The notes below the pieces were generated by a model, which did no database searches, had not been told where the DNA came from, and was given only the letters and a program-made list of their open reading frames with translations. 64,000 bases of DNA, from contig NC_087252.1 of NCBI RefSeq assembly GCF_037042905.1, positions 25,732,001 through 25,796,000 of the forward strand, read 5' to 3'. A program made the translations under genes and the position numbers. Below are positions 24,501 to 39,342 of the stretch, piece by piece. Numbering within the stretch: position 1 is the stretch's first letter; each line of letters starts with the position of its first letter. The DNA is from Lytechinus pictus. Taxonomy: Eukaryota.

Positions 24501-27221
24501 ATCATCACCCCCATCATCACCCCATCATCATCACCCCCATCATCATCATCATCCCCATCATCATCACCTCCATTATCATCCATCCCATCATCATCACCCC
24601 CATCATCATCATCCCCATCATCATCACCCCCATCATCATCACCCCCATCATCACCCCCATTATCATCACCCCCATCATCATCACCCCCATCATCATCATC
24701 ATCACCCCCATCATCATCATCATCCCCATCATCATCGCTCCCATCATCATCACCCCCATCATCATCACCCCAATCATCATCACCCCCATCATCATCACTC
24801 CCATCATCATCACCCCCATCATCATCATCATCCCCATCATCATTGCTCCCATCATCACTCCCATTATCATCACCCCCATCATCATCACTCCCATCATCAT
24901 CACCCCCATCATCATCATCATCCCCATCATCATCACCCCCATCATCATCACCCCCATCATCATCACCCCATTATCACCCCCATCATCATCACCCCCATCA
25001 TCATCACCCCCATCATCATCACTCCCATCATCATCATCATCCCCATCATCATCATCATCCCCATCATCATCACTCCCATCATCATCACCCCCATCATCAT
25101 CACCCCCATCATCATCCCAATCATCATCACTCCCATCTTCATCACCCCCATCATCATCACCCCCATCATCATCACCATCATCATCACCCCCATCATCATC
25201 ACCCCAATCATCATCACCCCCATCATCATCATCATCCCCATCATCATCACTCCCATCTTCATCACCCCCATCATCATCACCCCAATCATCATCATCATCC
25301 CCATCATCACCCCCATCATCATCACCCCAATCATCATCACCCCCATTATCACCCCCATCATCACCCCCATCATCACCCCATCATCATCACCCCCATCATC
25401 ATCATCATCCCCATCATCATCACCCCCATTATCATCCATCCCATCATCATCACCCCCATCATCATCACCCCCATCATCACCCCCATCATCATCACCCCCA
25501 TCATCATCACCCTCATCATCATCATCATCACCCCCATCATCATCATCACCCCCATCATCATAATCCCCATTATCATCACCCCCATCATCATCACCCCCAT
25601 CATCATCATCATCACCCCCATCATCATCATCATCCCCATCATCATCGCTCCCATCATCATCACCCCCATCATCATCACCCCAATCATCATCACCCCCATC
25701 ATCATCACTCCCATCATCATCACCCCCATCATCATCTTCATCCCCATCATCATTGCTCCCATCATCACTCCCATTATCATCACCCCCATCATCATCACTC
25801 CCATCATCATCACCCCCATCATCATCATCATCCCCATCATCATCACCCCCATCATCATCACCCCCATCATCATCACCCCATTATCACCCCCATCATCATC
25901 ACCCCCATCATCACCCCCATCATCATCACCCCCATCATCATCATCACTCCCATCATCATCATCATCCCAATCATCATCATCATCCCCATCATCATCACTC
26001 CCATCATCATCACCCCCATCATCATCATCCCCATCATCATCACTCCCATCTTCATCACCCCCATCATCATCACCCCCATCATCATCACCATCATCATCAC
26101 CCCCATCATCATCATCACCCCCTCCCCATCATCATCACTCCCATCATCATCACCCCCATCATCATCACCCCCATCATCATCATCATCCCCATTATCATCA
26201 CCCCCATCATCATCACCCCCATCATCATCATCATCACCCCCATCATCATCATCATCCCCATCATCATCATCATCCTCATCATCATCGCTCCCATCATCAT
26301 CACCCCATCACCATCATCCCCATCATCATCACCCCCATCATCATCACCCCCATCATCATCACCCCAATCATCATCACCCCCATCATCATCATCATCCCCA
26401 TCATCATCATCATCCCCATCATCATCACTCCCATCATCATCACCCCCATCATCATCATCCCCATCATCATCACTCCCATCTTCATCACCCCCATCATCAT
26501 CACCATCATCATCACCCCCATCATCATCTTCACCCCCTCCCCATCATCATCACTCCCATCATCATCACCCCCATCATCATCACTCCCATCTTCATCACCC
26601 CCATCATCATCACCCCCAACATCATCATCATCCCCATCATCATCACCCCCATCATCATCACCCCCATCATCATCACCCCCATTATCACCCCCATCATCAC
26701 CCCCATTATCACCCCCATCATCATCATCATCCCCATCATCATCACCCCCATTATCATCCATCCCATCATCATCATCACCCCCATCATCATCATCCCCATC
26801 ATCATCACCCCCATCATCATCACCCCCATCATCACCCCCATCATCATCACCCCCATCATTATCACCCCCAGCATCATCATCCTCAGACATCAGCGCATAC
26901 CATACCAAAGCATGACGCTATGCTGCATGTGTTATACACGGACCGTGCAGATTGGAGAGGGGGGATAATATTGCGTGGGAACGAAATAATATTTCGTGGA
27001 AAATAAATATTTTGTTGGAACGAAATAATATTGCGTGGGAACGAAATAATATTGCGTGGGAACGAAATAATATTGCGTGGGAACGAAATAGTATTGCGTT
27101 GGAACGAAATAGTATTTTGAGGGAACGAAATAATATTTCGAGGGAACGAAATAGTATTTCGAGGGAACGAAATAATGCACAGAGAATTTTTTCTCCTTCA
27201 TGTCACCTGGTGGGCTCTGTA
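21516..27221. mobile_element. Satellite-bearing foldback element, copy 1 (left terminus truncated)
   Basis: Inverted arms: aaattctctgtgcattat, then 21-bp repeats (tttcgttcccacgcaatatta), a ~90-bp unique domain, then satellite; right end ...gtcacctggtgggctctGTA. Confidence 0.85.
21749..26882. repeat. (GAT)nG4-5 / (CAT)nC4-5 compound satellite with a strand inversion at 22194-22197
   Basis: G-rich on the + strand over 21749-22195 and C-rich over 22196-26882; higher-order blocks marked by cattaatcccc at ~22464, ~23325 and ~24014. Confidence 0.95.
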
Positions 27222-28427
27222 CATCTGCCTACACCTAATGCCTACACACTAGAGATTGAATGTCACACCAGCTAGTGTAAGTGTAACAACCAAAAGTGTT
27301 GTAATAACACCTAACACTGTCAATTTAACACCGGTGTAAAATGACTGGTGTGTTCCTCTATGTACACCGGTTAACACCACAGTTTTTGCTGTGTATCAAC
27401 CACTGCCCCCTCTCTCAGGTCAACCATAATTGTTCCAGAATCTAGTTAAAGATTCCACATTTAAGTATGGAAATTGGTAGGTTCATGAGCTCCAAACCCA
27501 TATTGTTAAGCTGAAGCAGGTAAGCCAGCAAATCCAGCTTAATTATCCCAGCCCCATCACTGGTTTTGCCCCATTAATAAAGGATAAAAAAACAACCTTA
27601 AAAAAATTAAAAGGAGGGAAAAACAGTGACTTATTTCGGCTGTCATGCAACTCCCACTTCCCTGGTTTATTCAACTTAATAAATAAACATATGGCCATTG
27701 AGTCCCTGTACAGATTGAATTAGAACTTCGGTCTCTGTATTTGGTGAGTGGAGCCACAACGGAGTTCAACCAATATAAGTTACAGAGACCAAAACTTTTG
27801 GTCTAGAGCCAGAGGTACACAGACAGCCAATTAATTACACTGCTGTAACAAGATCTATTCTTGAATAACAGAAGAGAGTCAACTTGACAGTCAGCATGCA
27901 TGTATTGGCAAATGTCGAGGATAGAACTTGTAACCCAAACACCGTAACACAGTTAATCCATGGCGATATGACCCGTTCCGCCTATTTGGAAACCGTATAA
28001 ACATGATAAACCTAAACGAAATTCAGGTTAGTCATTCGCCGGAACTCTCCGCATGCACTGTCAGCGTCACACCGCTATCTAGAGACAGATAGAGCAGCCA
28101 AGGCAAGAGTATTCAAAGCAATCATCGCAATATTTGTTGGCGATGTTATTACATACAAATATCGAATGAAGTGCATTGGATTGTATAAATTCACGCCCGC
28201 AGTTATATAATTACTCCCTAACGTTACATAACTGATATATAGTACGATTCTTTCAATAATACTCACGTATTTTATGGAAAATTGATGGTACCGTGTACGG
28301 TACTGAATTGATTTTCTCGCACAAACTCCCCATTCAGTGCGCGCGCGTACATTATATTTGCAATAGAACACTTTTTCGCGAACTTACCCGGCGAGTTACA
28401 CGTTAAGCCCGAGTCGCTTTTAAGACC

Positions 28428-29030
28428 TTAAAGGGGAATCCAACCCAAATAAAAACTTCTTTTTATAAGGAAAAGAAAAATCAGACAAGTTGATAGGTGA
28501 AAGTTTGAACAATATTGGACAAACAACAAGAAAGTTATGAATTTTTAAAAGTTGTAAATATTGGTAATCACTATACTCATGGAGACTTCAAATTGGCCGC
28601 ATATGGGATGTCATAGTGATGTAAGGCAAGGACTACTCTTCCATGTACTCCAATACATATTATGGCTAAAATGTCATTTCCCCCAAAAGTCTTACTTCAA
28701 ATTATATTTTTCTTTCATGAGGACATAAAACAATATACTACCTGGGTTATATTTAGATTACTGCCCCAGGGGATTGGGTTCTTAGGAGAAAACCACAAAT
28801 CCCTGATAATAAAGTACTTGGCCTATGGGAAAGTTGTCCTTGCCCCTTGTCATAATTTACTTACCCAGTTGCCAATTTGAAATCTACATAGTATTAGTGA
28901 TCTCAATTTTAAAGCAGCCATTACTTTCTTATTGCTTGTCCGATTTCTTTCAAACTTTCACCATTCTGTTTAATTTATTTTTCTCCTTCCCAACACAACA
29001 TTTTATGGCCAAGGCTGGATTCCCCTTTAA
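28428..29030. mobile_element. Kolobok-type MITE, copy 2 (chimeric junction copy)
   Basis: Left flank and 5' SNP match copy 3; the remainder and the right flank match copy 1. Confidence 0.85.
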
Positions 29031-31022
29031 GAGACATCACCGCATTGGTCAGAACATGCTGAGAAGATCTACCTTTTCCTCATCTAAAAATGGGCGGATA
29101 TCTTTCCATAGGTCCTCTTCCCTCTTCTTGGAAAGTTCAATTGATGACTTAACTGGGGGCATCTGAAAAAGTATTGGGATGTCCGCAGAGTTCACCATAA
29201 AAGATAATATTTCTTCCTCTGCATTGCTTGCCTTCATGTTCCAGTCGTAATGCCTTGTTCCGATAACTTAAATCTGCATGTTGGATGAAAGCAAATGAAA
29301 AGTGTTATAAAAATACTTACATTGCTTCATGATTTGGAGAGCATATCGAGATTAGAGTAACAAGTGGAATGCCTCTGGCGGTCTTACCTGCATCACGCGA
29401 TTCAATATAGCAGCAGTGCTGACTTTGAAAACTACTATAACTCGCACAAGATGTTCAGTGATACTTGGTTACTCTTACGTCCACGTTTTATGAACTAGAC
29501 CAATACACTTACAGAGATATGATGGTAATTCAAAATATACCCCCAACATGGCCAAAGTTCATTGACCTTACATGACCTTTGACCTTGAACATGTGACCTA
29601 AAACTTGCACAGGATGTTCAGTGATACCTGATTACTCTTATGTCCAAGTTTCATGAGTCAGATCCATAAACTTTCAAAGTTATGATGAAACAAATTCGTA
29701 TATTTAATGAGATGTGACCTTTGAACAGCGGTCTCCGAATTCAAACTTTGCCTGTATTTTGGTGTCATCTACCTACATACCAAAAAAATTTAATCCATTA
29801 AATATTTTTCGAGTTTTTGCGCGGATCCAACTCGCTTACTTAACGAGCTGTGACCTTTGACCTGCGGACTCCGAATTCAAACTTAGCCTGTATTTTGGTG
29901 TCATCTGCCTATACACCAACATTTTTTAAAATCCATTAAATATTTTTTCGAGTTTTTGCGCGGAAACCAACTCGCATATTTAATGAGATGTGACCTTTGA
30001 CCTACATGCAGACTCCAACTTGCATATTTAATGAGCTGGAAACCAACTTGCATACTTAATGAGCTGCGACCTTTGACCTGCAGACTCCGAATTCGAACTT
30101 AGCCTGTATTTTAGTGTCATCTACCTACACACCAAACAGTTTTGAAATCCATTAAATATTTTTTGAGTTATTGCTTGGAAACCAAATGGGGGGACGGACA
30201 GATGGACGGACAAGGGCAACGCTTAATGCCCCCTACGGACTTCGTCTGCGGGGGCATAAAAACCCGGAATCGTCATGTATCACGGGTGCACCATCTCACT
30301 ATTAATTTTGTATTTTCAACTTGCTACACTGTAAAAACTGTGGTGTTAAACCTGACACCAGTAGGTGTCTATAGAGGACCACACACTGAAGTGCTAAAAT
30401 TACACACTAGAGATTGAATGTAACACCACTTTAAATGTAACAACCAAAAATGTTGTAATAACACCTAATACTGTCAATTTAATACCGGGGTAAAATGACT
30501 GGTGTGTTCCTCTATGTACATCGGTTAACACCACAGTTTTTGGTGTGTATCAACCAATGAACAAATTGAGACCTTTGAACCAGCTTGCATATATAATGAG
30601 CTGTGACCTTTGACCTTTGAATTTGAACTTAGCCTGTATTTTGGTGTCATCTACCTACACACCCAATTTTTTTTTTAATCTTTGAATCTTCCATAAGTTA
30701 TCATGCGGAAACAAACTCGTATATTTAATGAGATGTGACCTTTGAACAGCGGACTCTGAATTCAAACTTAGCCTGTTATTTTGTGTCATTTACCTACACA
30801 CCAAATACTTTTAAAATTCATTAGATATTTTTCGAGTTATTGCGTGGAAAAAAACTCGCATATTTAATGAGCTGTGACCTTTGGACTCCAATTTCGAACT
30901 TAGCCTGTATTATGGTGTCATCTACCTACACACCAAATATTATTAAAATTCATTAGATATTGTTCGAGTTATTGCGTGGAAATCAACTCACATATTTAAT
31001 GAGCTGTGACCTTTGACCTGCG

Positions 31023-34000
31023 AAATTCTCTGTGCATTATTATTTTGTTCCCACGAAATACTCTTTCGTTCCCACAAAATATCATTTCGTTCCCACGCAT
31101 TATCCCCCCTCTCTCTCCGATCCGCACCGGCCGTGTATAACACGTGCAGCATAGCAACGTGCTTTGGTATGGTATGTGCTGATGTCTGAGGCTGATGATG
31201 ATGGGGGTGATGATGATGGGGGTGATGATGATGATGGGGGTGATGATAATGGGAGTGATGATGGGGTGATGATTGGGGTCTATAATGATGATGGGGGTGA
31301 TGATGATGATGGGGGTGATGATGATGGGGTGATGATTGGGGTCTATAATGATGATGGGGGTGATGATGATGATGGGGGTGATGATGATGGGGGTGATAAT
31401 GATGATGGGGTGATGATGATGATGGGGGTGATGATGATGGGATGGATGATAATGGGGGTGATGATGATGGGGATGATGATGATGATGGGGGTAATGATGA
31501 TGGGGGTGATGATGATGATAGGGGTAATGATGATGGGGGTGTATGATGATGATGGGGGTGATGATGATGATGGGGGTGATGATGATGAGGGTGATGATGA
31601 TGGTGGTGATGATGGGGATGATGATGATGATGATGGGGATCATCACCCCTATCATCATCATCATCCCCATCATCATCCCCATCATCATCATCCCCATCTT
31701 CACCCCCATCATCAACACCCCTATCATCATCATCACCCCTATCATCATCATCACCCCCATCATCATCACCCCCATTATCATCACCCCCATCATCATCATC
31801 ACCCCCATCATCATCATCATCCCCATCATCATCAACCCCATCATCATCATCACCCCCATCATCATCATCATCCCCATCATCATCACTCCCATCATCATCA
31901 CCCCCATCATTAATCCCCATCATCATCATCCCATCAGCATCACCCCCATAATCATCACATCCCCATCTTCATCACCCCCATCATCTTCCCCATCACCCCC
32001 ATCATCATCACCCCCACCATCATCACCCCCATCATCATCACCCCCATCATCATCATCATCCCCACCATCATCACTCCCATCATCATCACCCCCATCATCA
32101 TCACCCCCATCATCATCATCATCCCCATCATCATCGCTCCCATCATCATCACCCCCATCATCATCCCAATCATCATCACTCCCATCTTCATCACCCCCAT
32201 CATCATCACCCCCATCATCATCACCATCATCATCACCCCCATCATCATCATCACCCCCTCCCCATCATCATCACTCCCATCATCATCAGCCCCATCATCA
32301 TCACTCCCATCTTCATCACCCCAATCATCATCATCATCCCCATCATCACCCCCATCATCATCACCCCCATCATCATCACCCCCATTATCACCCCCATCAT
32401 CACCCCCATCATCACCCCATCATCATCACCCCCATCATCATCATCATCCCCATCATCATCACCCCCATTATCATCCATCCCATCATCATCACCCCCATCA
32501 TCATCATCCCCATCATCATCCCCCCCATCATCATCACCCCCATCATCACCCCCATTATCATCACCCCCATCATCATCACCCCCATCATCATCATCATCAC
32601 CCCCATCATCATCATCATCCCCATCATCATCACCCCCATTATCATCACCCCCATCATCATCATCACCCCCATCATCATCATCATCCCCATCATCATCAAC
32701 CCCATCATCATCATCACCCCCATCATCATCATCATCCCCATCATCATCACTCCCATCATCATCACCCCCATCATTAATCCCCATCATCATCATCCCATCA
32801 GCATCACCCCCATAATCATCACATCCCCATCTTCATCACCCCCATCATCTTCCCCATCACCCCCATCATCATCACCCCCACCATCATCACCCCCATCATC
32901 ATCACCCCCATCATCATCATCATCCCCACCATCATCACTCCCATCATCATCACCCCCATCATCATCACCCCCATCATCATCATCATCCCCATCATCATCG
33001 CTCCCATCATCATCACCCCCATCATCATCCCAATCATCATCACTCCCATCTTCATCACCCCCATCATCATCACCCCCATCATCATCACCATCATCATCAC
33101 CCCCATCATCATCATCACCCCCTCCCCATCATCATCACTCCCATCATCATCAGCCACATCATCACTCCCATCTTCATCACCCCAATCATCATCATCATCC
33201 CCATCATCACCCCCATCATCATCACCCCCATCATCATCACCCCCATTATCACCCCCATCATCACCCCCATCATCACCCCATCATCATCACCCCCATCATC
33301 ATCATCATCCCCATCATCATCACCTCCATTATCATCCATCCCATCATCATCACCCCCATCATCATCATCCCCATCATCATCACCCCCATCATCATCACCC
33401 CCATCATCACCCCCATCATCATCACCCCCATCATCATCACCCCCATCATCATCATCATCACCCCCATCATCATCATCATCCCCATCATCATCGCTCCCAT
33501 CATCATCACCCCCATCATCATCACCCCAATCATCATCACCCCCATCATCATCACTCCCATCATCATCACCCCCATCATCATCATCATCCCCATCATCATT
33601 GCTCCCATCATCACTCCCATTATCATCACCCCCATCATCATCACTCCCATCATCATCACCCCCATCATCATCATCATCCCCATCATCATCACCCCCATCA
33701 TCATCACCCCCATCATCATCACCCCATTATCACCCCCATCATCATCACCCCCATCATCATCACCCCCATCATCATCACTCCCATCATCATCATCATCCCC
33801 ATCATCATCATCATCCCCATCATCATCACTCCCATCATCATCACCCCCATCATCATCACCCCCATCATCATCCCAATCATCATCACTCCCATCTTCATCA
33901 CCCCCATCATCATCACCCCCATCATCATCACCATCATCATCACCCCCATCATCATCACCCCAATCATCATCACCCCCATCATCATCATCATCCCCATCAT

Positions 34001-35974
34001 CATCACTCCCATCTTCATCACCCCCATCATCATCACCCCAATCATCATCATCATCCCCATCATCACCCCCATCATCATCACCCCAATCATCATCACCCCC
34101 ATTATCACCCCCATCATCACCCCCATCATCACCCCATCATCATCACCCCCATCATCATCATCATCCCCATCATCATCACCCCCATTATCATCCATCCCAT
34201 CATCATCACCCCCATCATCATCACCCCCATCATCACCCCCATCATCATCACCCCCATCATCATCACCCTCATCATCATCATCATCACCCCCATCATCATC
34301 ATCACCCCCATCATCATAATCCCCATTATCATCACCCCCATCATCATCACCCCCATCATCATCATCATCACCCCCATCATCATCATCATCCCCATCATCA
34401 TCGCTCCCATCATCATCACCCCCATCATCATCACCCCAATCATCATCACCCCCATCATCATCACTCCCATCATCATCACCCCCATCATCATCATCATCCC
34501 CATCATCATTGCTCCCATCATCACTCCCATTATCATCACCCCCATCATCATCACTCCCATCATCATCACCCCCATCATCATCATCATCCCCATCATCATC
34601 ACCCCCATCATCATCACCCCCATCATCATCACCCCATTATCACCCCCATCATCATCACCCCCATCATCACCCCCATCATCATCACCCCCATCATCATCAT
34701 CACTCCCATCATCATCATCATCCCCATCATCATCATCATCCCCATCATCATCACTCCCATCATCATCACCCCCATCATCATCATCCCCATCATCATCACT
34801 CCCATCTTCATCACCCCCATCATCATCACCCCCATCATCATCACCATCATCATCACCCCCATCATCATCATCACCCCCTCCCCATCATCATCACTCCCAT
34901 CATCATCACTCCCATCATCATCACCCCCATCATCATCATCCCCATTATCATCACCCCCATCATCATCACCCCCATCATCATCATCATCACCCCCATCATC
35001 ATCATCATCCCCATCATCATCATCATCCTCATCATCATCGCTCCCATCATCATCACCCCATCACCATCATCCCCATCATCATCACCCCCATCATCATCAC
35101 CCCCATCATCATCACCCCAATCATCATCACCCCCATCATCATCATCATCCCCATCATCATCATCATCCCCATCATCATCACTCCCATCATCATCACCCCC
35201 ATCATCATCATCCCCATCATCATCACTCCCATCTTCATCACCCCCATCATCATCACCATCATCATCACCCCCATCATCATCTTCACCCCCTCCCCATCAT
35301 CATCACTCCCATCATCATCACCCCCATCATCATCACTCCCATCTTCATCACCCCCATCATCATCACCCCCAACATCATCATCATCCCCATCATCATCACC
35401 CCCATCATCATCACCCCCATCATCATCACCCCCATTATCACCCCCATCATCACCCCCATTATCACCCCCATCATCATCATCATCCCCATCATCATCACCC
35501 CCATTATCATCCATCCCATCATCATCATCACCCCCATCATCATCATCCCCATCATCATCACCCCCATCATCATCACCCCCATCATCACCCCCATCATCAT
35601 CACCCCCATCATTATCACCCCCAGCATCATCATCCTCAGACATCAGCGCATACCATACCAAAGCATGACGCTATGCTGCATGTGTTATACACGGACCGTG
35701 CAGATTGGAGAGGGGGGATAATATTGCGTGGGAACGAAATAATATTTCGTGGAAAATAAATATTTTGTTGGAACGAAATAATATTGCGTGGGAACGAAAT
35801 AATATTGCGTGGGAACGAAATAATATTGCGTGGGAACGAAATAGTATTGCGTTGGAACGAAATAGTATTTTGAGGGAACGAAATAATATTTCGAGGGAAC
35901 GAAATAGTATTTCGAGGGAACGAAATAATGCACAGAGAATTTTTTCTCCTTCATGTCACCTGGTGGGCTCTGTA
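31023..35974. mobile_element. Satellite-bearing foldback element, copy 2
   Basis: Same structure as 21516-27221; inversion at 31638-31641; 63 bp fewer 21-mers and ~690 bp less satellite. Confidence 0.85.
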
Positions 35975-36459
35975 CATCTGCCTACACCTAATGCCTACAC
36001 ACTAGAGATTGAATGTCACACCAGCTAGTGTAAGTGTAACAACCAAAAGTGTTGTAATAACACCTAACACTGTCAATTTAACACCGGTGTAAAATGACTG
36101 GTGTGTTCCTCTATGTACACCGGTTAACACCACAGTTTTTGCTGTGTATCAACCACTGCCCCCTCTCTCAGGTCAACCATAATTGTTCCAGAATCTAGTT
36201 AAAGATTCCACATTTAAGTATGGAAATTGGTAGGTTCATGAGCTCCAAACCCATATTGTTAAGCTGAAGCAGGTAAGCCAGCAAATCCAGCTTAATTATC
36301 CCAGCCCCATCACTGGTTTTGCCCCATTAATAAAGGATAAAAAAACAACCTTAAAAAAATTAAAAGGAGGGAAAAACAGTGACTTATTTCGGCTGTCATG
36401 CAACTCCCACTTCCCTGGTTTATTCAACTTAATAAATAAACATATGGCCATTGAGTCCC

Positions 36460-38017
36460 CATCATCATCGCTCCCATCATCATCACCCCCATCATCATCA
36501 CCCCAATCATCATCACCCCCATCATCATCACTCCCATCATCATCACCCCCATCATCATCATCATCCCCATCATCATTGCTCCCATCATCACTCCCATTAT
36601 CATCACCCCCATCATCATCACTCCCATCATCATCACCCCCATCATCATCATCATCCCCATCATCATCACCCCCATCATCATCACCCCCATCATCATCACC
36701 CCATTATCACCCCCATCATCATCACCCCCATCATCACCCCCATCATCATCACCCCCATCATCATCATCACTCCCATCATCATCATCATCCCCATCATCAT
36801 CATCATCCCCATCATCATCACTCCCATCTTCATCACCCCCATCATCATCACCCCCATCATCATCACCATCATCATCACCCCCATCATCATCATCACCCCC
36901 TCCCCATCATCATCACTCCCATCATCATCACCCCCATCATCATCACCCCCATCATCATCATCATCCCCATTATCATCACCCCCATCATCATCACCCCCAT
37001 CATCATCATCATCACCCCCATCATCATCATCATCCCCATCATCATCATCCTCATCATCATCGCTCCCATCATCATCACCCCATCACCATCATCCCCATCA
37101 TCATCACCCCCATCATCATCACCCCCATCATCATCACCCCCATCATCACCCCCATCATCATCACCCCCATCATTATCACCCCCAGCATCATCATCCTCAG
37201 ACATCAGCGCATACCATACCAAAGCATGACGCTATGCTGCATGTGTTATACACGGACCGTGCAGATTGGAGAGGGGGAATATTGCGTGGGAACGAAATAA
37301 TATTTCGTGGAAAATAAATATTTTGTTGGAACGAAATAATATTGCGTGGGAACGAAATAATATTGCGTGGGAACGAAATAATATTGCGTGGGAACGAAAT
37401 AGTATTGCGTTGGAACGAAATAGTATTTTGAGGGAACGAAATAATATTTCGAGGGAACGAAATAGTATTTCGAGGGAACGAAATAATGCACAGAGAATTT
37501 TTTCTCCTTCATGTCACCTGGTGGGCTCTGTACATCTGCCTACACCTAATGCCTACACACTAGAGATTGAATGTCACACCAGCTAGTGTAAGTGTAACAA
37601 CCAAAAGTGTTGTAATAACACCTAACACTGTCAATTTAACACCGGTGTAAAATGACTGGTGTGTTCCTCTATGTACACCGGTTAACACCACAGTTTTTGC
37701 TGTGTATCAACCACTGCCCCCTCTCTCAGGTCAACCATAATTGTTCCAGAATCTAGTTAAAGATTCCACATTTAAGTATGGAAATTGGTAGGTTCATGAG
37801 CTCCAAACCCATATTGTTAAGCTGAAGCAGGTAAGCCAGCAAATCCAGCTTAATTATCCCAGCCCCATCACTGGTTTTGCCCCATTAATAAAGGATAAAA
37901 AAACAACCTTAAAAAAATTAAAAGGAGGGAAAAACAGTGACTTATTTCGGCTGTCATGCAACTCCCACTTCCCTGGTTTATTCAACTTAATAAATAAACA
38001 TATGGCCATTGAGTCCC
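36460..38017 (+). repeat. Secondary tandem duplication: partial satellite, foldback right arm (ends 37532) and flank
   Basis: 35636-36459 recurs at ~37195-38017; the junction at 36456-36459 has TCCC microhomology. Confidence 0.88.
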
Positions 38018-38738
38018 TGTACAGATTGAATTAGAACTTCGGTCTCTGTATTTGGTGAGTGGAGCCACAACGGAGTTCAACCAATATAAGTTACAGAGAC
38101 CAAAACTTTTGGTCTAGAGCCAGAGGTACACAGACAGCCAATTAATTACACTGCTATAACAAGATCTATTCTTGAATAACAGAAGATAGTCAACTTGACA
38201 GTCAGCATGCATGTATTGGCAAATGTCGAGGATAGAACTTGTAACCCAAACACCGTAACACAGTTAATCCATGGCGATATGACCCGTTCCGCCTATTTGG
38301 AAACCGTATAAACATGATAAACCTAAACGAAATTCAGGTTAGTCATTCGCCGGAACTCTCCGCATGCACTGTCAGCGTCACACCGCTATCTAGAGACAGA
38401 TAGAGCAGCCAAGGCAAGAGTATTCAAAGCAATCATCGCAATATTTGTTGGCGATGTTATTACATACAAATATCGAATGAAGTGCATTGGATTGTATAAA
38501 TTCACGCCCGCAGTTATATAATTACTCCCTAACGTTACATAACTGATATATAGTACGATTCTTTCAATAATACTCACGTATTTTATGGAAAATTGATGGT
38601 ACCGTGTACGGTACTGAATTGATTTTCTCGCACAAACTCCCCATTCAGTGCGCGCGCGTACATTATATTTGCAATAGAACACTTTTTCGCGAACTTACCC
38701 GGCGAGTTACACGTTAAGCCCGAGTCGCTTTTAAGACC

Positions 38739-39342
38739 TTAAAGGGGAATCCAACCCAAATAAAAACTTCTTTTTATAAGGAAAAGAAAAATCAGACAAG
38801 TTGATAGGTGAAAGTTTGAACAATATTGGACAAACAACAAGAAAGTTATGAATTGTTAAAAGTTGTAAATAATGGTAATCACTATACCCATGGAGACTTC
38901 AAATTGGCCTCATATGGGATGTCATAGTGATGTAAGGCAAGGACTACTCTTCCATGTACTCCAATGCATATTGTGGCTAAAATGTCATTTTTCCCAAAAG
39001 TTTTATTTCAAATTATATTTTTCTTTCATGAGGATATAAAAACAATATACCACCTGGGTTATATTTAGATTACTGCCCCAGGGGAATGGATACTTAGGAG
39101 AAAACCACAAATCCCTGATAATAAAGTACATGGCCTATGGGAAAGTTGTCCTTGTCCCTTGTCATAATTTACTTTCCAGTTGCCAATTTTGAAATCTACA
39201 TAGTATTAGTGATCTCAATTTTAAATCAGCTATAACTTTCTTATCGCTTGTCCGATTTCTTTCAAACTTTCACCATTCTGTTTAATTTATTTTTCTGCTT
39301 CCCAACACAACATTTTATGGCCAAGGCTGGATTCCCCTTTAA
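38739..39342. mobile_element. Kolobok-type MITE, copy 3 (independently diverged)
   Basis: Same TIRs and TTAA TSD as copy 1 with many scattered substitutions. Confidence 0.85.

Larger units (their letters stand above)
18921..38738 (+). repeat. Tandem segmental duplication: unit 1 18921-28427 (9507 bp), unit 2 28428-38738 (10311 bp)
   Basis: Identical ORF translations at offsets 9507, 8753 and 10311; non-satellite sequence nearly identical; units bounded by MITE copies. Confidence 0.93.

Noticed and set aside
26960..27180. 21-bp repeats (ERNNIAW / YYFVPTQ ORFs) as a CRISPR array or repeat protein
   Set aside because: Contiguous tandem repeats with no unique spacers, mirrored at the other arm of a foldback element; eukaryotic context and no cas genes.
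21481..37317. Long His/Pro-, Ser/Pro-, Ile/Thr/Pro-, Met/Gly- and Asp/Gly-rich ORFs (up to 1392 aa) as real metal-binding or biomineralisation proteins
   Set aside because: (CAT)n with C runs has no stop codons on the + strand; composition switches wherever a run length shifts frame; ORFs appear in all frames and lie inside a transposon satellite.
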